Positions 9,322 to 19,379 of a stretch of 64,000 bases of DNA are shown in pieces (the first letter of the stretch is position 1; every line of letters begins with the position of its first letter). A model generated the notes under the pieces. That model was not told the origin of the DNA, searched no databases, and saw only the letters and a program-made list of their open reading frames with translations. Source of the DNA: an uncultured bacterium (lineage in GTDB: Bacteria; Babelota; Babeliae; Babelales; JABCYS01); NCBI GenBank assembly GCA_963705705.1, contig CAVPKK010000005.1:192001-256000 (forward strand). Reading direction: 5' to 3'. Made by a program: the position numbers and the translations under genes.

Positions 9322-10815
9322 TTAGTGCTTTTTGTGCTCTTCCACAAACTGCAAATACCAGATTCCACTCAAAATCATTAGCAATGGTTCAACCGGTAAC
9401 CGTAAGCGAGCGCAACCAAAGCCGCCGCTCGGTACGATCACAAAAGCAATCATTGGCAAAACAAGTAGCCAAACAATACTAGTGTTGGTTAATGGAATTC
9501 GATTCTTAAAATATTCATACAAAGGCTTCAATACAAATTGGTACAAACCAGCTAAAAGACCCGTCCATAAAATAATCATCGATAATAATTCAAGCCATCC
9601 AATAGTGCGCAGCCAAATTGAAATCGGTGCCTTGTATAAAGTTTCAAACCAGTTCTCAGTCAAAAATTCTTCTAATGGGTCAGACATTGAGGTGTTATAG
9701 CCCATTTTTGCCAATCGATATGAAAACGGATCAAAGGTTGTTTTTATTACCTGTTGTATCCAATCAACGGCAAAATCGAATGGATGTGCCTTGATCCATG
9801 GCATCGCTACACTGCCGGAAAATAAATGGACAAAAATCGGTGCTCCCGGATGTGCCGCGGCATATATTTGTAACCTTCGCCCGAGATCTTGCCCCAGCAT
9901 ACGCATAGCCTCCAAATAATTCACGCCAGTAACTCGCCGAACTATCTTAGGAGCAGCAAAAACGCGTAAATATTCACCTTGGATGGGGCAAAAAAACCAA
10001 CTGCCAGTAAGCCGGTAGTTGCGAATATACCAAGGCAATAGTGGGGTAAAAAAACTGACAAAAAAGATCGCTGCTCTCTTTAGCCGATCAATTAAACTAA
10101 CTGCGGGCGCTAAGAGCAATAAGAGAATAGTGCATTGACCAACAAAAACACCCATTGGCCGCATCCAGGTATAGACGGCAAGAAAAATAGCGGCGATGAA
10201 TAAAGAAAAATCTACAGTTTGGCTCCAAGGTAATGATTGTTGACCCATTATCTCCGGAGCAATGTAATCGCTACGCCTAAACCAAATGCGATAGAGCCAT
10301 AATAAAAATAGATAAAATAGTAATCCACCCAGTGCATCGGTTAGCAAAAAAGTTGAAGTGGTTACAAAACCAACATGTACCACACTAATACCGCCAATAA
10401 TCCATGCCAATAACCAGCTGCCCGAAAGCAAAAAAGCAAGGCAGAGCAAAACCATAGGGATGAATGAGCATAAAATGATTTGTGCCCAAATGACGGCATG
10501 TTGCGCGGCAGCATTGGCAGGAAAATTGGTATTAGGATTTGCTTTCCATACGTAGAACGGCAGCATAAAAGCTGAATATCCCGGTGTGCGCCAAAGGATG
10601 GGAGTGCTTTTGGGTGGGGTCCATGTGCCAGTATATCGCAAGATGAGTGTGGCAAAATTATAATCGTGTGCATCAGGTTGATCGTAATATTCGCCAGGCT
10701 TGATGAAAAAATTGAATGTGCAGGCGCGAATTAAAAAGGCGGCAAGAAATAATAATAATAATGAGGTGCGTTTTGGTCGATGGTAATACCAGGCTGATGT
10801 GGCATTAGAAATCAT
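9322..10815 (-). CDS. Polytopic membrane protein, probable GT-C (ArnT/PMT-like) glycosyltransferase
   Basis: Many TM segments; D...Y, RTPGY, RP and RLRLP motifs; divergent from the sugar-nucleotide locus. Confidence 0.65.
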   Translation of the reverse strand: MISNATSAWYYHRPKRTSLLLLFLAAFLIRACTFNFFIKPGEYYDQPDAHDYNFATLILRYTGTWTPPKSTPILWRTPGYSAFMLPFYVWKANPNTNFPANAAAQHAVIWAQIILCSFIPMVLLCLAFLLSGSWLLAWIIGGISVVHVGFVTTSTFLLTDALGGLLFYLFLLWLYRIWFRRSDYIAPEIMGQQSLPWSQTVDFSLFIAAIFLAVYTWMRPMGVFVGQCTILLLLLAPAVSLIDRLKRAAIFFVSFFTPLLPWYIRNYRLTGSWFFCPIQGEYLRVFAAPKIVRRVTGVNYLEAMRMLGQDLGRRLQIYAAAHPGAPIFVHLFSGSVAMPWIKAHPFDFAVDWIQQVIKTTFDPFSYRLAKMGYNTSMSDPLEEFLTENWFETLYKAPISIWLRTIGWLELLSMIILWTGLLAGLYQFVLKPLYEYFKNRIPLTNTSIVWLLVLPMIAFVIVPSGGFGCARLRLPVEPLLMILSGIWYLQFVEEHKKH

Positions 10816-10942
10816 AGAGGCTCCGTTTTTTTAAAGACCCTTAAATTTTAAAGGCACATAATAGCAACTTTAATCTTATTGCACACTGTGCTAATGTTGC
10901 CTGCACTAAAAAGGATGTGGAACTGAACTGGATTTGGAAATC

Positions 10943-12127
10943 ATGGAAGCATCTAACGTTCTCATCATCGTCGGCACCCGCCCAGAAGGCATCAAAATGA
11001 TGCCGGTTTATTTCGCTCTTAAGCGCGCGGGTATACCAACATTGCTTATTTCGACCGGGCAGCACACTGATTTGCTCAATGAAGTATTTGCCATTTTCAA
11101 TGTAACACCAGATGTCGATTTGGCGCTGGGAAAACCTAATCAAGATCCGGCATATCTCACACATGCGGTATTAACGGCATGTACGGATTTATATAAAAAA
11201 CTTACTCCTTCTTTTGTGCTGGTTCAAGGCGATACTACCACTATCATGGCAGCTGCGCTTGCTGCATTTTATCTAAAGATTCCTGTAGGGCACGTTGAAG
11301 CAGGATTGCGAACCGGCGATATGCATGCGCCATTTCCTGAAGAGCTTAACCGCCGCGTAGTAAGTTTATTTGCCGACTATCATTTTGCGCCAACGTTGCA
11401 TGCAATAAATAATTTAGGCGATGAAAAGATTCCGCCGCATAAGCTTTATCAAACAGGCAATACCGTAGTCGATGCGTTGCATTATATACGAGCTAAATTA
11501 GCAGAGGGGCATCTCTCACCATCGAAAGATCTGTGTACTGTAGTTTCTGCAGCCAAAGACAGCCATAAAAAAATTGTTTTACTAACCGCGCATCGTCGAG
11601 AATCTTTCGGCGCCGGTTTGCGTGCAATAATGAGTGCCGTCAAGGAGCTTGCGCTTAAGCACCCTGAAGTTGTATTTATTTATCCAACACATCCAAATCC
11701 GGCAGTCCAAACCGCAATCGCCGATGCAGGCTTAGATGAGTGCAAAAACATCCATACATTTTCGCCTCTTCCCCATATAGATTTAGTGTATGTATTATTA
11801 CATGCTGATGTTGTGCTTACCGATTCGGGTGGCATACAAGAAGAAGCAATCAGCCTTGGCAAGCCTGTATTAATTTTGCGCGAGAAAACAGAGCGGCCCG
11901 AAGGAATTTGGGCTGGTTTGGCGGAGTTGGTAGGAACTAATAAAGAAAAAATTATTACAATGACCGAGAAATTTTTGCGCAACGAAGTGGAGTCGGTGTC
12001 AGCTATACAACCATGCGCTATTTATGGTGATGGTAAAGCAGCCGAACGCATCGCATCTATAATTTCTGAGGCACTTAATAACCACATTAATAAAGGAGTG
12101 GCGGTATGCAAAAACGTGTCAGCATAA
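10943..12127 (+). CDS. wecB: UDP-N-acetylglucosamine 2-epimerase (non-hydrolysing)
   Basis: GTRPEGIKM, QGDTTT, HVEAGLRT, PFPEE.NR, TDSGGIQEEA, TERPEG. Confidence 0.97.
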   Translation: MEASNVLIIVGTRPEGIKMMPVYFALKRAGIPTLLISTGQHTDLLNEVFAIFNVTPDVDLALGKPNQDPAYLTHAVLTACTDLYKKLTPSFVLVQGDTTTIMAAALAAFYLKIPVGHVEAGLRTGDMHAPFPEELNRRVVSLFADYHFAPTLHAINNLGDEKIPPHKLYQTGNTVVDALHYIRAKLAEGHLSPSKDLCTVVSAAKDSHKKIVLLTAHRRESFGAGLRAIMSAVKELALKHPEVVFIYPTHPNPAVQTAIADAGLDECKNIHTFSPLPHIDLVYVLLHADVVLTDSGGIQEEAISLGKPVLILREKTERPEGIWAGLAELVGTNKEKIITMTEKFLRNEVESVSAIQPCAIYGDGKAAERIASIISEALNNHINKGVAVCKNVSA

Positions 12128-13605
12128 TTGGGCTAGGTTATATTGGCCTGCCAACTGCCATCGTGGCAGCCGAAGCCGGCTATCAGGTGATTGGCGTAGA
12201 TATTGATGCCGAACGTGTGCATCGTGTAAACGCTGGCGACCCGGTAATTCAAGAACCCGGCGCGCTGGAAAAATTACACGGCGTAGTTCAGAACAAAAAA
12301 TTGCGAGCTACTACCGAAATTGAACCCGCTGATTACCATATCATTGCAGTACCAACACCATTTCATGAGAACGATGTTGAAGTATCAATTAAATCTTCGC
12401 TAGGCCATGACTCCAGCCGCGCTCATCCTGAGTTCGACGAAAGTCGAAGTTTACTCCTGAGTTTATCGAAGGATCGAAGGATAAAGCGCGAAAATGACTT
12501 AGCTGATAATAGTGCTTATCAAGTGCATCCTTTAAAAAAAGCAGATTTATCTTACGTATGGGCTGCCGCAGAAACCGTCGCAAAAGTTTTGCGTGCAGGT
12601 GACACCATAATTCTGGAGTCTACCGTTCCTGTTGGTACCACCGAAAAATTAGGGGTGCTGCTCGAAAAACAAACCAGCGCCGGCAAAGCCGGCATCGATT
12701 TTTTTGTTGCTCATTGCCCAGAACGGGTTCTACCAGGAAAAATTTTCCATGAGCTGGTGCATAATGCACGCATTATTGGTGGTATCAACCCAGTATCTGT
12801 CGAACGGGCAAAAGAATTTTATAAGGCATTTGTTACTGGCGGATTGTATTTGACTGATGCCAAAACAGCCGAAATGGTCAAACTAGTTGAAAATAGTTCT
12901 CGCGATGTTGCGATTGCCTTTGCCAACCAGGTAGCATCAATGGCCCAAGCAATTGGCCTTAATGGGTATGAAGTAATTGAACTTGCCAATAAACATCCGC
13001 GTGTGAATATTTTGCGGCCCGGCTGCGGCGTTGGTGGCCATTGTATTGCGGTCGATCCATGGTTTTTAATTGAAGGATTTCCTGGGCAAACCCATTTGTT
13101 GCATGCCGCCCGGTTAGTTAATGATGCCAAGCCTGATGAGGTAGTTAAAACAGTGCAACAGCATATGACTGACAAGGATTTAACTATTTTAGTTTTGGGC
13201 GCCACCTATAAGCCAGATGTTGACGATCTCCGCGAATCGCCAGCGCTACATATTGCCCAAACGTTGAATGCACAATATAAAAATGTCATGGTATGTGAGC
13301 CAAATGTTTCTGCTGCGCAGTTGATAAAAAAAGGATTTGCGGCTGAGCAAGTTGTGACATTTGAAGATGGTATAAAACGAGCCGATGTAGTGATTTCGTT
13401 GGTTTCACATAGCGCATTTAAAAATCTTGGGCACTATAAAAATACAAAAAAGATAATCGATTATTGCGGATTATTGCATGCGCCGCGCCAGGATACTGCG
13501 CAGCAGGAACGGCTGTATTGGCCGGCAAATAATTCAGTTGAATGGAATGAGTTGAATATTGGGATTACGGCCCAGTCCAAAAATTTGAATAATCATCTTA
13601 TTTAA
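12106..13605 (+). CDS. wecC: UDP-N-acetyl-D-mannosamine dehydrogenase with an in-frame insertion
   Basis: GLGYIGLP, ESTV, CPERVLPG, GVGGHCIAVDP, YKPDVDDLRESPA; about 50 extra aa after PTPF. Confidence 0.95.
   Translation: MQKRVSIIGLGYIGLPTAIVAAEAGYQVIGVDIDAERVHRVNAGDPVIQEPGALEKLHGVVQNKKLRATTEIEPADYHIIAVPTPFHENDVEVSIKSSLGHDSSRAHPEFDESRSLLLSLSKDRRIKRENDLADNSAYQVHPLKKADLSYVWAAAETVAKVLRAGDTIILESTVPVGTTEKLGVLLEKQTSAGKAGIDFFVAHCPERVLPGKIFHELVHNARIIGGINPVSVERAKEFYKAFVTGGLYLTDAKTAEMVKLVENSSRDVAIAFANQVASMAQAIGLNGYEVIELANKHPRVNILRPGCGVGGHCIAVDPWFLIEGFPGQTHLLHAARLVNDAKPDEVVKTVQQHMTDKDLTILVLGATYKPDVDDLRESPALHIAQTLNAQYKNVMVCEPNVSAAQLIKKGFAAEQVVTFEDGIKRADVVISLVSHSAFKNLGHYKNTKKIIDYCGLLHAPRQDTAQQERLYWPANNSVEWNELNIGITAQSKNLNNHLI
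12418..12490 (+). repeat. Family A palindromic element, nested/double copy, in frame inside wecC
   Basis: cgcgctcatcctgagtt-[cgacgaaagtcgaagtttact cctgagtttatcgaagga]-tcgaaggataaagcgcg. Confidence 0.9.
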
Positions 13606-13632
13606 CGCCAAATCAAAATGAGTAAGAAAAAT

Positions 13633-13667
13633 CCGCTCGTCCTGAGCCTGTCGAAGGATGCGAGCGG
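13633..13667 (+). repeat. Family A palindromic element, intergenic
   Basis: ccgctcgtcctgagcctgtcgaaggatgcgagcgg. Confidence 0.9.
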
Positions 13668-13778
13668 CATGGAAAAATGAGCAAGTTCTGACACGAAAGA
13701 AAGTGTTCGAGTTTAAACATCAAGATGAGCCGGGTCTATGTCGGACGTATTAGAGAAAGTAAGAGTTAAAGGAATTGG

Positions 13779-15980
13779 ATGAAACAGATATTTCTTGAAA
13801 AAGGTGCCATAGCCATCAAAGAAGTTTGTGAGCCAGCATTAAGTGAATATGCCGTACTGGTGGCTGTACATTATTCCTATATAAGTGCAGGTACCGAATC
13901 GGCGACGATAGCTGCTTCAGGCTCATTATACTCATCTCTTTTTTCAGACATTCCAGGGAAGGTTTCCAAGGTCCTTGCTATGATCAAAGCGCAGGGCATT
14001 AAAGGAACGCGCGCTATCGTAGAAAGTAAATTGGCAGGTGAAATTTCTCCTATCGGCTACTCATGCGCCGGCCAGGTAATAGCGGTTGGATCAAAAGTGA
14101 CCACTATCCGCGTCGGTGACTTTGTTGCCTGCGCAGGAAGTACTGCAAGCCATGCGGAGATAGTATTGGTTCCCGAACAATTAGTTGTGCGATTACCAAA
14201 TCAAGAACTATTAAAATCAGCCAGCATCACGACCCTTGGTGCAATTGCATTACAAGGTGTGCGTCGAGCTGAATCAAAACTGGGCGAGACTGTTTGCGTG
14301 CTTGGCCTTGGTTTGCTTGGACAATTAACTGTTCAGTTACTCAAGGTAGCTGGCTGCCGTGTGATCGGTATCGATATACTCGATGATAGATTAGCATTGG
14401 CTAAAGAACTCGGCGCTTCGGTTGTACTCAATGGTGCCAAGCAGGATGTAGTTAAAGAAATCTTGTATCTAACCGATCATTATGGTGTAGACGCCACATT
14501 AATTACTGCGGCAAGTTCCTCAGATGCACTCGTGCAGCAGGCCATGCATGTCACCCGCAAAAAAGGAAAAGTTGTCATTGTAGGCGATGTTGGGCTCAAG
14601 CTTGAGCGTGCGCCGTTCTACCAAAAAGAGATTGATTTTCTCATTTCCTGTTCATATGGGCCCGGGCGTTATGATGCCTCGTATGAACAATTCGGTACCG
14701 ATTACCCGTATGCCTATGTTCGCTGGACCGAACGACGCAACATGGAAGCAATTGTTTCCTTACTGGCAAACGGGCAACTCAATATACAACCATTCACCAC
14801 AGAAGTTTCAGTCGAAGGCGCAGTACAGGGGTATGAGCAGATTAAACAGCGCAAAGCTTTAGGTGTCATAGTCCGATACCAGGAAGGGCTCCGCCCTTCA
14901 CCCGGCAGGGACGCGTCCCTGCACCCAGGTGAAATGCACGCTCCGCGTGCTAAAGCTGACAAGCTACGTATCGGGTTCATTGGTGCTGGTGGGTTTGCGC
15001 GGGGCAAATTAATGCCCACGTTTGCAAGCATGAAAAATGAATTAGAAATTACGGCAATTACTGATCCAAATATTGCATCGGCCATTAACTGTAGCCGCCA
15101 ATATGGAGCACAACATGCATTTGCTGATGATGCAGAGTTGTATCAGCAGGATATTGCCGACATGGTGGTAATCGCCTCACCGCATAAGTTTCATGCAGAC
15201 CAAGCATTGCGGGCTTTAGAGCATGGCAAAGCGGTGTTTTTAGAAAAACCGTTGTGTACCGATTATGAGCAGTTGGCTCGTATTCGTGAATATTTATATA
15301 CCCATCCGCATGCACAGCTTACCGTAGATTTTAATCGGCCATTTTCACCGTTCATGCAAAAAATAAAGCAGGCAATCGCGCAGAGAAATTCACCACTCAT
15401 TATTTCATATCGCATGAATGAAGCCTATTTGCCAAAAGATCATTGGGTGCAAACCGAACTTGGTGGCGGGCAGATTATTGGTCAGGTATGCCATCTTTTT
15501 GATTTAATGTATGATCTGACCGGCGCACAGCCGGTAGGTGTATCAGTTGATACCATAAGCCCGCGCAGTGCAAATCAGCTTACCACTGATAATTTTTCAG
15601 CAACGATTACGTTTGACGATGGATCATTGTGCGTGGTGCTGATGACTGCATGTGGCAATAAAGCATTAGGCAAAGAGAGAATGGAGCTTAACTTTGATGG
15701 CAAAACGATCGTGATGGATGATTTTCTATCACTGACTGGGCATGGTTTGCCAAGTGGATTTAATAGCACCGTGCGCGGCATGGATAAAGGCCATGAAGCA
15801 TTGATTGAAAAATTTGTGACGGCGGTGCGTACGGGCGATAAGATGCCAATTTCTTTTGCGCGGTTACTTGCTGTTTCGGAGCTTACACTCAAAATTGATG
15901 AGATGGCACGTAGTGGCGTGGCAAAAGAACATCAAAAATTTATGGACATCAATCGAGAAGAGAAAATTGTAGCGTTGTAA
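13779..15980 (+). CDS. Bi-domain oxidoreductase (MDR/Zn-ADH-like plus Gfo/Idh/MocA) of polysaccharide loci
   Basis: ISAGTE, GLGLLG and SCSYGPGRYD..YE...YP..YVRWTERRN; second domain GFIGAGGF, EKP, VDFNRPF. Confidence 0.9.
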   Translation: MKQIFLEKGAIAIKEVCEPALSEYAVLVAVHYSYISAGTESATIAASGSLYSSLFSDIPGKVSKVLAMIKAQGIKGTRAIVESKLAGEISPIGYSCAGQVIAVGSKVTTIRVGDFVACAGSTASHAEIVLVPEQLVVRLPNQELLKSASITTLGAIALQGVRRAESKLGETVCVLGLGLLGQLTVQLLKVAGCRVIGIDILDDRLALAKELGASVVLNGAKQDVVKEILYLTDHYGVDATLITAASSSDALVQQAMHVTRKKGKVVIVGDVGLKLERAPFYQKEIDFLISCSYGPGRYDASYEQFGTDYPYAYVRWTERRNMEAIVSLLANGQLNIQPFTTEVSVEGAVQGYEQIKQRKALGVIVRYQEGLRPSPGRDASLHPGEMHAPRAKADKLRIGFIGAGGFARGKLMPTFASMKNELEITAITDPNIASAINCSRQYGAQHAFADDAELYQQDIADMVVIASPHKFHADQALRALEHGKAVFLEKPLCTDYEQLARIREYLYTHPHAQLTVDFNRPFSPFMQKIKQAIAQRNSPLIISYRMNEAYLPKDHWVQTELGGGQIIGQVCHLFDLMYDLTGAQPVGVSVDTISPRSANQLTTDNFSATITFDDGSLCVVLMTACGNKALGKERMELNFDGKTIVMDDFLSLTGHGLPSGFNSTVRGMDKGHEALIEKFVTAVRTGDKMPISFARLLAVSELTLKIDEMARSGVAKEHQKFMDINREEKIVAL
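14883..14926. repeat. Family B double hairpin (hairpin-ACCC) in frame in the oxidoreductase linker
   Basis: gaagggc-tcc-gcccttc acccg gcagggacgcgtccctgc accc. Confidence 0.8.
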
Positions 15981-16002
15981 AAAAGTATTCAAAGGAGAAA
16001 AA

Positions 16003-17073
16003 ATGGTAGCACATGAAAATATTGGAGCCTCAGAGCAACTAAATGCACCTCTGGTTTGTTCTATTATCCTTGCAGGTGGTTCGGGTGAACGTCTCTGGCC
16101 GCTCTCTCGCAAGCACCGTCCAAAACAATTTCTTTCTATTGATCAGCAGTGTAGTTTGCTTGAAGCAACAGTCGAACGCATGCAACAGTTTATTGAGCCT
16201 GAACGTACGTGGATTATATGCGCACAAAACCATGCAGAACACATTTCGCCCCTGGCTGACCAACAAATAGCTAATGTAGTTATCGAGCCAACGGCACGAA
16301 ATACAGCGCCGGCTGTGTATTTGGCCTGTCGCATGCTCGAATCATTATATCCGCTCGTTGATCCAGTTGTTTTTATCGCGCCGAGTGATCATTACATTCC
16401 CAATGCACAAACATTTGCCGCCTTTGCGTCGCATGTAATTGATGTAGCTGCCAATGAAAATAAAATTGTGCTTCTTGGCGTTCGCCCTTCATTTCCGGCC
16501 ACGACCTATGGTTATATTGAATATGCTGAGCAAGCATCATTTCCCTACGCCGTAACAAAGTTTCATGAAAAGCCGAGCCAGGAAGTCGCACAGCAGTATG
16601 TGGCGAGCGAGCATTTTTTATGGAATGCCGGTATGGTTTGCGCGCGTATTTCAGTATTGCTTTCTGAGTTTGAACTGCATGCTCCTGAACTTGCCGCAGC
16701 TGTTGATGCCTACGCACAAGGAGAAGGATCATATGAGAAGGCGCCATCAATTTCATTTGATCATGCCGTATTAGAGAAAAGTTCTAAATTAGCAGTTTTC
16801 CCCGTTGATTTTATATGGAGCGACGTCGGCTCGCTTGATACCTTTCTATCCTTGCGCGAGCAATATGGAAACCAAGAAACATCAGTAATTGCCGTTGATG
16901 CACAAAATAATGTGGTTGATGTTGAACATAAACTCGTTGCGTTGGTAGGCGTTGAAGATTTATGCATCGTAGAACGAGACGGTATTCTCTTGATCGCCAA
17001 AAAAGATGAGACTGAAAAAATAAAAACGGTGCTCGAGACACTGAAGCAAAATAATGCATCTGAATATCTCTAA
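16003..17073 (+). CDS. manC: Mannose-1-phosphate guanylyltransferase (no PMI domain)
   Basis: ILAGGSGERLWPLSR..PKQF, EP.ARNTAPA, PSDHYI, FHEKP, WNAG, WSDVGS. Confidence 0.95.
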   Translation: MVAHENIGASEQLNAPLVCSIILAGGSGERLWPLSRKHRPKQFLSIDQQCSLLEATVERMQQFIEPERTWIICAQNHAEHISPLADQQIANVVIEPTARNTAPAVYLACRMLESLYPLVDPVVFIAPSDHYIPNAQTFAAFASHVIDVAANENKIVLLGVRPSFPATTYGYIEYAEQASFPYAVTKFHEKPSQEVAQQYVASEHFLWNAGMVCARISVLLSEFELHAPELAAAVDAYAQGEGSYEKAPSISFDHAVLEKSSKLAVFPVDFIWSDVGSLDTFLSLREQYGNQETSVIAVDAQNNVVDVEHKLVALVGVEDLCIVERDGILLIAKKDETEKIKTVLETLKQNNASEYL

Positions 17074-17113
17074 CCAGGGCGAGCCCTGGACCCGAGGAGA
17101 ACCCAATCTCCTT
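17074..17113. repeat. Family B hairpin-ACCC element plus a second hairpin
   Basis: ccagggcgagccctgg acccg aggaga-acccaa-tctcct, immediately after the manC stop. Confidence 0.65.
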
Positions 17114-17143
17114 ATTGAAGTTTGATTGAACAATACAAAGGAT

Positions 17144-17180
17144 CGCGCTCATCCTGAGTTAATCGAAGGATCGTAGCGCG
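17144..17180 (+). repeat. Family A palindromic element, intergenic
   Basis: cgcgctcatcctgagttaatcgaaggatcgtagcgcg. Confidence 0.9.
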
Positions 17181-17200
17181 CAAAAGTAAATGAGCTAAAG

Positions 17201-18346
17201 ATGGTTCGCAAAAAAGCATTAATCACCGGAATCACCGGCCAAGACGGAGCCTACCTGGCCGAATTTCTACTTGATAAAGGATATGAAGTCCATGGTATCA
17301 AACGCCGTTCTTCGTCATTCAATACATCCCGTATCGATGCGTTATATCATAAATGGGGAATCCCAACCGGCCAGCGCGAACCACAATTTCGTTTGCATTA
17401 CGGTGATCTAACCGATGCTACAAACTTGATTCGCATCGTCCAAGAAGTGCAACCAGATGAAATTTATAACCTAGCAGCCCAGAGCCATGTGAAAGTTTCA
17501 TTCGAAACGCCAGAATATACAGCCAATGCCGATGCATTAGGCACGCTGCGCTTACTCGAAGCTATTCGCATCCTAGGCATGAAACAAGTACGTTTTTATC
17601 AGGCATCAACGAGCGAACTCTACGGTAATCTGAAGCAGGTACCGCAGAATGAAGAAACACCATTTGCCCCTCGTTCACCATATGCCGTAGCAAAATTATA
17701 TGCCTATTGGATCACCATAAACTACCGTGAAGCATACGGAATGTTTGCCTGCAACGGCATTTTATTTAATCATGAATCACCGCATCGTGGTGAAACATTT
17801 GTAACACGTAAAATCACTCGCGCCGTTGCCCGCATTAAACTCGGCATGCAGCGAGCTCTCTATTTGGGTAATTTAGATGCTAAACGTGATTGGGGGTATG
17901 CCAAGGATTACATTGAAGCAATGTGGCTAATGTTGCAACACGATAAAGCATCAGATTTCGTTATCGCCACTGGCCAAGCACATACTGTACGTGAATTTGT
18001 TGAACGAGCATTTACTGAAGTTGGCATTACTATTTCCTGGGTAGGCTCGGGTGTAAATGAACAAGGCCTCGATGCGGCAACTCAGAAGCCGTTGATTTAT
18101 ATTGATCCGCGATATTTCCGGCCAACTGAAGTCGAATTACTGTTAGGCGATGCCTCAAAAGCGCGCAAAGAGCTTGGCTGGTCGCCAAAAATGTCATTCG
18201 ATGAATTAGTTAAGCTCATGGTAGACAGTGATCTGCGTGAGGCTGAAGAAGAAAATAAGGTACAAAGCGATGAAAATCTATCTAGCGGGGCACGAGGGAC
18301 TAGTGGGTTCGGCGCTCACACGTGCTCTAAGAGCTGCCAAATCTGA
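17201..18346 (+). CDS. gmd: GDP-mannose 4,6-dehydratase
   Basis: [57 protein letters not shown]. Confidence 0.98.
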   Translation: MVRKKALITGITGQDGAYLAEFLLDKGYEVHGIKRRSSSFNTSRIDALYHKWGIPTGQREPQFRLHYGDLTDATNLIRIVQEVQPDEIYNLAAQSHVKVSFETPEYTANADALGTLRLLEAIRILGMKQVRFYQASTSELYGNLKQVPQNEETPFAPRSPYAVAKLYAYWITINYREAYGMFACNGILFNHESPHRGETFVTRKITRAVARIKLGMQRALYLGNLDAKRDWGYAKDYIEAMWLMLQHDKASDFVIATGQAHTVREFVERAFTEVGITISWVGSGVNEQGLDAATQKPLIYIDPRYFRPTEVELLLGDASKARKELGWSPKMSFDELVKLMVDSDLREAEEENKVQSDENLSSGARGTSGFGAHTCSKSCQI

Positions 18347-19379
18347 GCAGATTGTTACGCGCACTTTTTCTCAACTTGATTTGCGCAGTCAACAAGCAGT
18401 TGAATCATTCTTTGCACAAGAACAGCCAACTCATGTGTATGTAGCGGCGGCAAAAGTTGGCGGTATCAAGGCAAATAGTGAGCAGCCGGCATCCTTTTTG
18501 TATGACAATCTTATGATTGCTAGTAACGTTATTCATGCAGCACACAAATACGGCGTAGAAAAACTACTATTTCTCGGCTCATCCTGTATCTATCCTCGCC
18601 TATGCCAGCAACCAATGAAAGAAGAATATCTACTTTCTGGCCCTTTGGAACCAACCAATGAACCATATGCAATAGCAAAGATTGCCGGCCTCAAGCTCTG
18701 TCAATCATACAATCGTCAATATCAGCGAAGCGAGTCTGAAGCCAAAGGCTTCAAGCGAGCGCAGCACAATATAGAAGGCGCAAGCCATCAATATCAGCGA
18801 AGCGAGTCTGAAGCCAAAGGCTTCAAGCGAGCGCAGCACAATATAGATGACGCAAGCCATCAATTTGGCGCGCGGTTTATTTCTGCCATGCCGACCAATT
18901 TGTATGGGCCTAACGACCAATTCAATACTGAATCGTCACACGTGATTCCTGCGCTCATAACTAAATTTCATCAAGCAAAAATCGAAGGACGAGACCAAGT
19001 GATTCTCTGGGGCACGGGTAATGCCCTACGTGAATTTTTATTCGTAGATGATTTAGCACAAGCATTATTATTGCTTATGGATCAATATGATGAAAATCAA
19101 TGGATTAATGTTGGTTCAGGTCAGGAAGTTTCCATTGCTGAATTGGCCGAACTAATCAAAACAGTTACTGGCTTTGCAGGCCGCATTGTTTTTGACTCTA
19201 CCAAGCCAGATGGTGCGCCACGCAAATTGCTATGCTCTGCAAAAATTCAGGCACTCGGCTGGCGGCCAAAAGTTAGCCTTGAACAAGGTTTGCGACAAAC
19301 ATATGATTGGTTTTTAATGAATAATGCATTGAACATTGATCCATCAGTGTCAAAAAGACTTTCAATCCAGGAGGTATAA
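18270..19379 (+). CDS. fcl: GDP-L-fucose synthase with a 48-aa in-frame insertion
   Basis: [68 protein letters not shown]. Confidence 0.96.
   Translation: MKIYLAGHEGLVGSALTRALRAAKSEQIVTRTFSQLDLRSQQAVESFFAQEQPTHVYVAAAKVGGIKANSEQPASFLYDNLMIASNVIHAAHKYGVEKLLFLGSSCIYPRLCQQPMKEEYLLSGPLEPTNEPYAIAKIAGLKLCQSYNRQYQRSESEAKGFKRAQHNIEGASHQYQRSESEAKGFKRAQHNIDDASHQFGARFISAMPTNLYGPNDQFNTESSHVIPALITKFHQAKIEGRDQVILWGTGNALREFLFVDDLAQALLLLMDQYDENQWINVGSGQEVSIAELAELIKTVTGFAGRIVFDSTKPDGAPRKLLCSAKIQALGWRPKVSLEQGLRQTYDWFLMNNALNIDPSVSKRLSIQEV
18717..18860 (+). repeat. 2 x 72-bp direct repeat with internal hairpins, in frame in fcl
   Basis: Units 18717-18788 and 18789-18860 differ at 2 nt; tcaat at all three junctions; hairpin tgaagcc-aaa-ggcttca. 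Confidence 0.95.

Noticed and set aside
12364..12535. Intein or self-splicing intron in wecC
   Set aside because: Too short, lacks Cys/Ser...His-Asn intein ends and intron core motifs; explained by the palindromic repeat.
18285..18315. RGTSGFG in the gmd tail resembling dUTPase motif V
   Set aside because: It is an alternate-frame by-product of the fcl AGHEGLVGS codons; no other dUTPase motifs are present.
18717..18860. Direct repeats in fcl as a mini CRISPR array
   Set aside because: The units are contiguous with no unique spacers, are in frame in a gene, and no cas genes are present.
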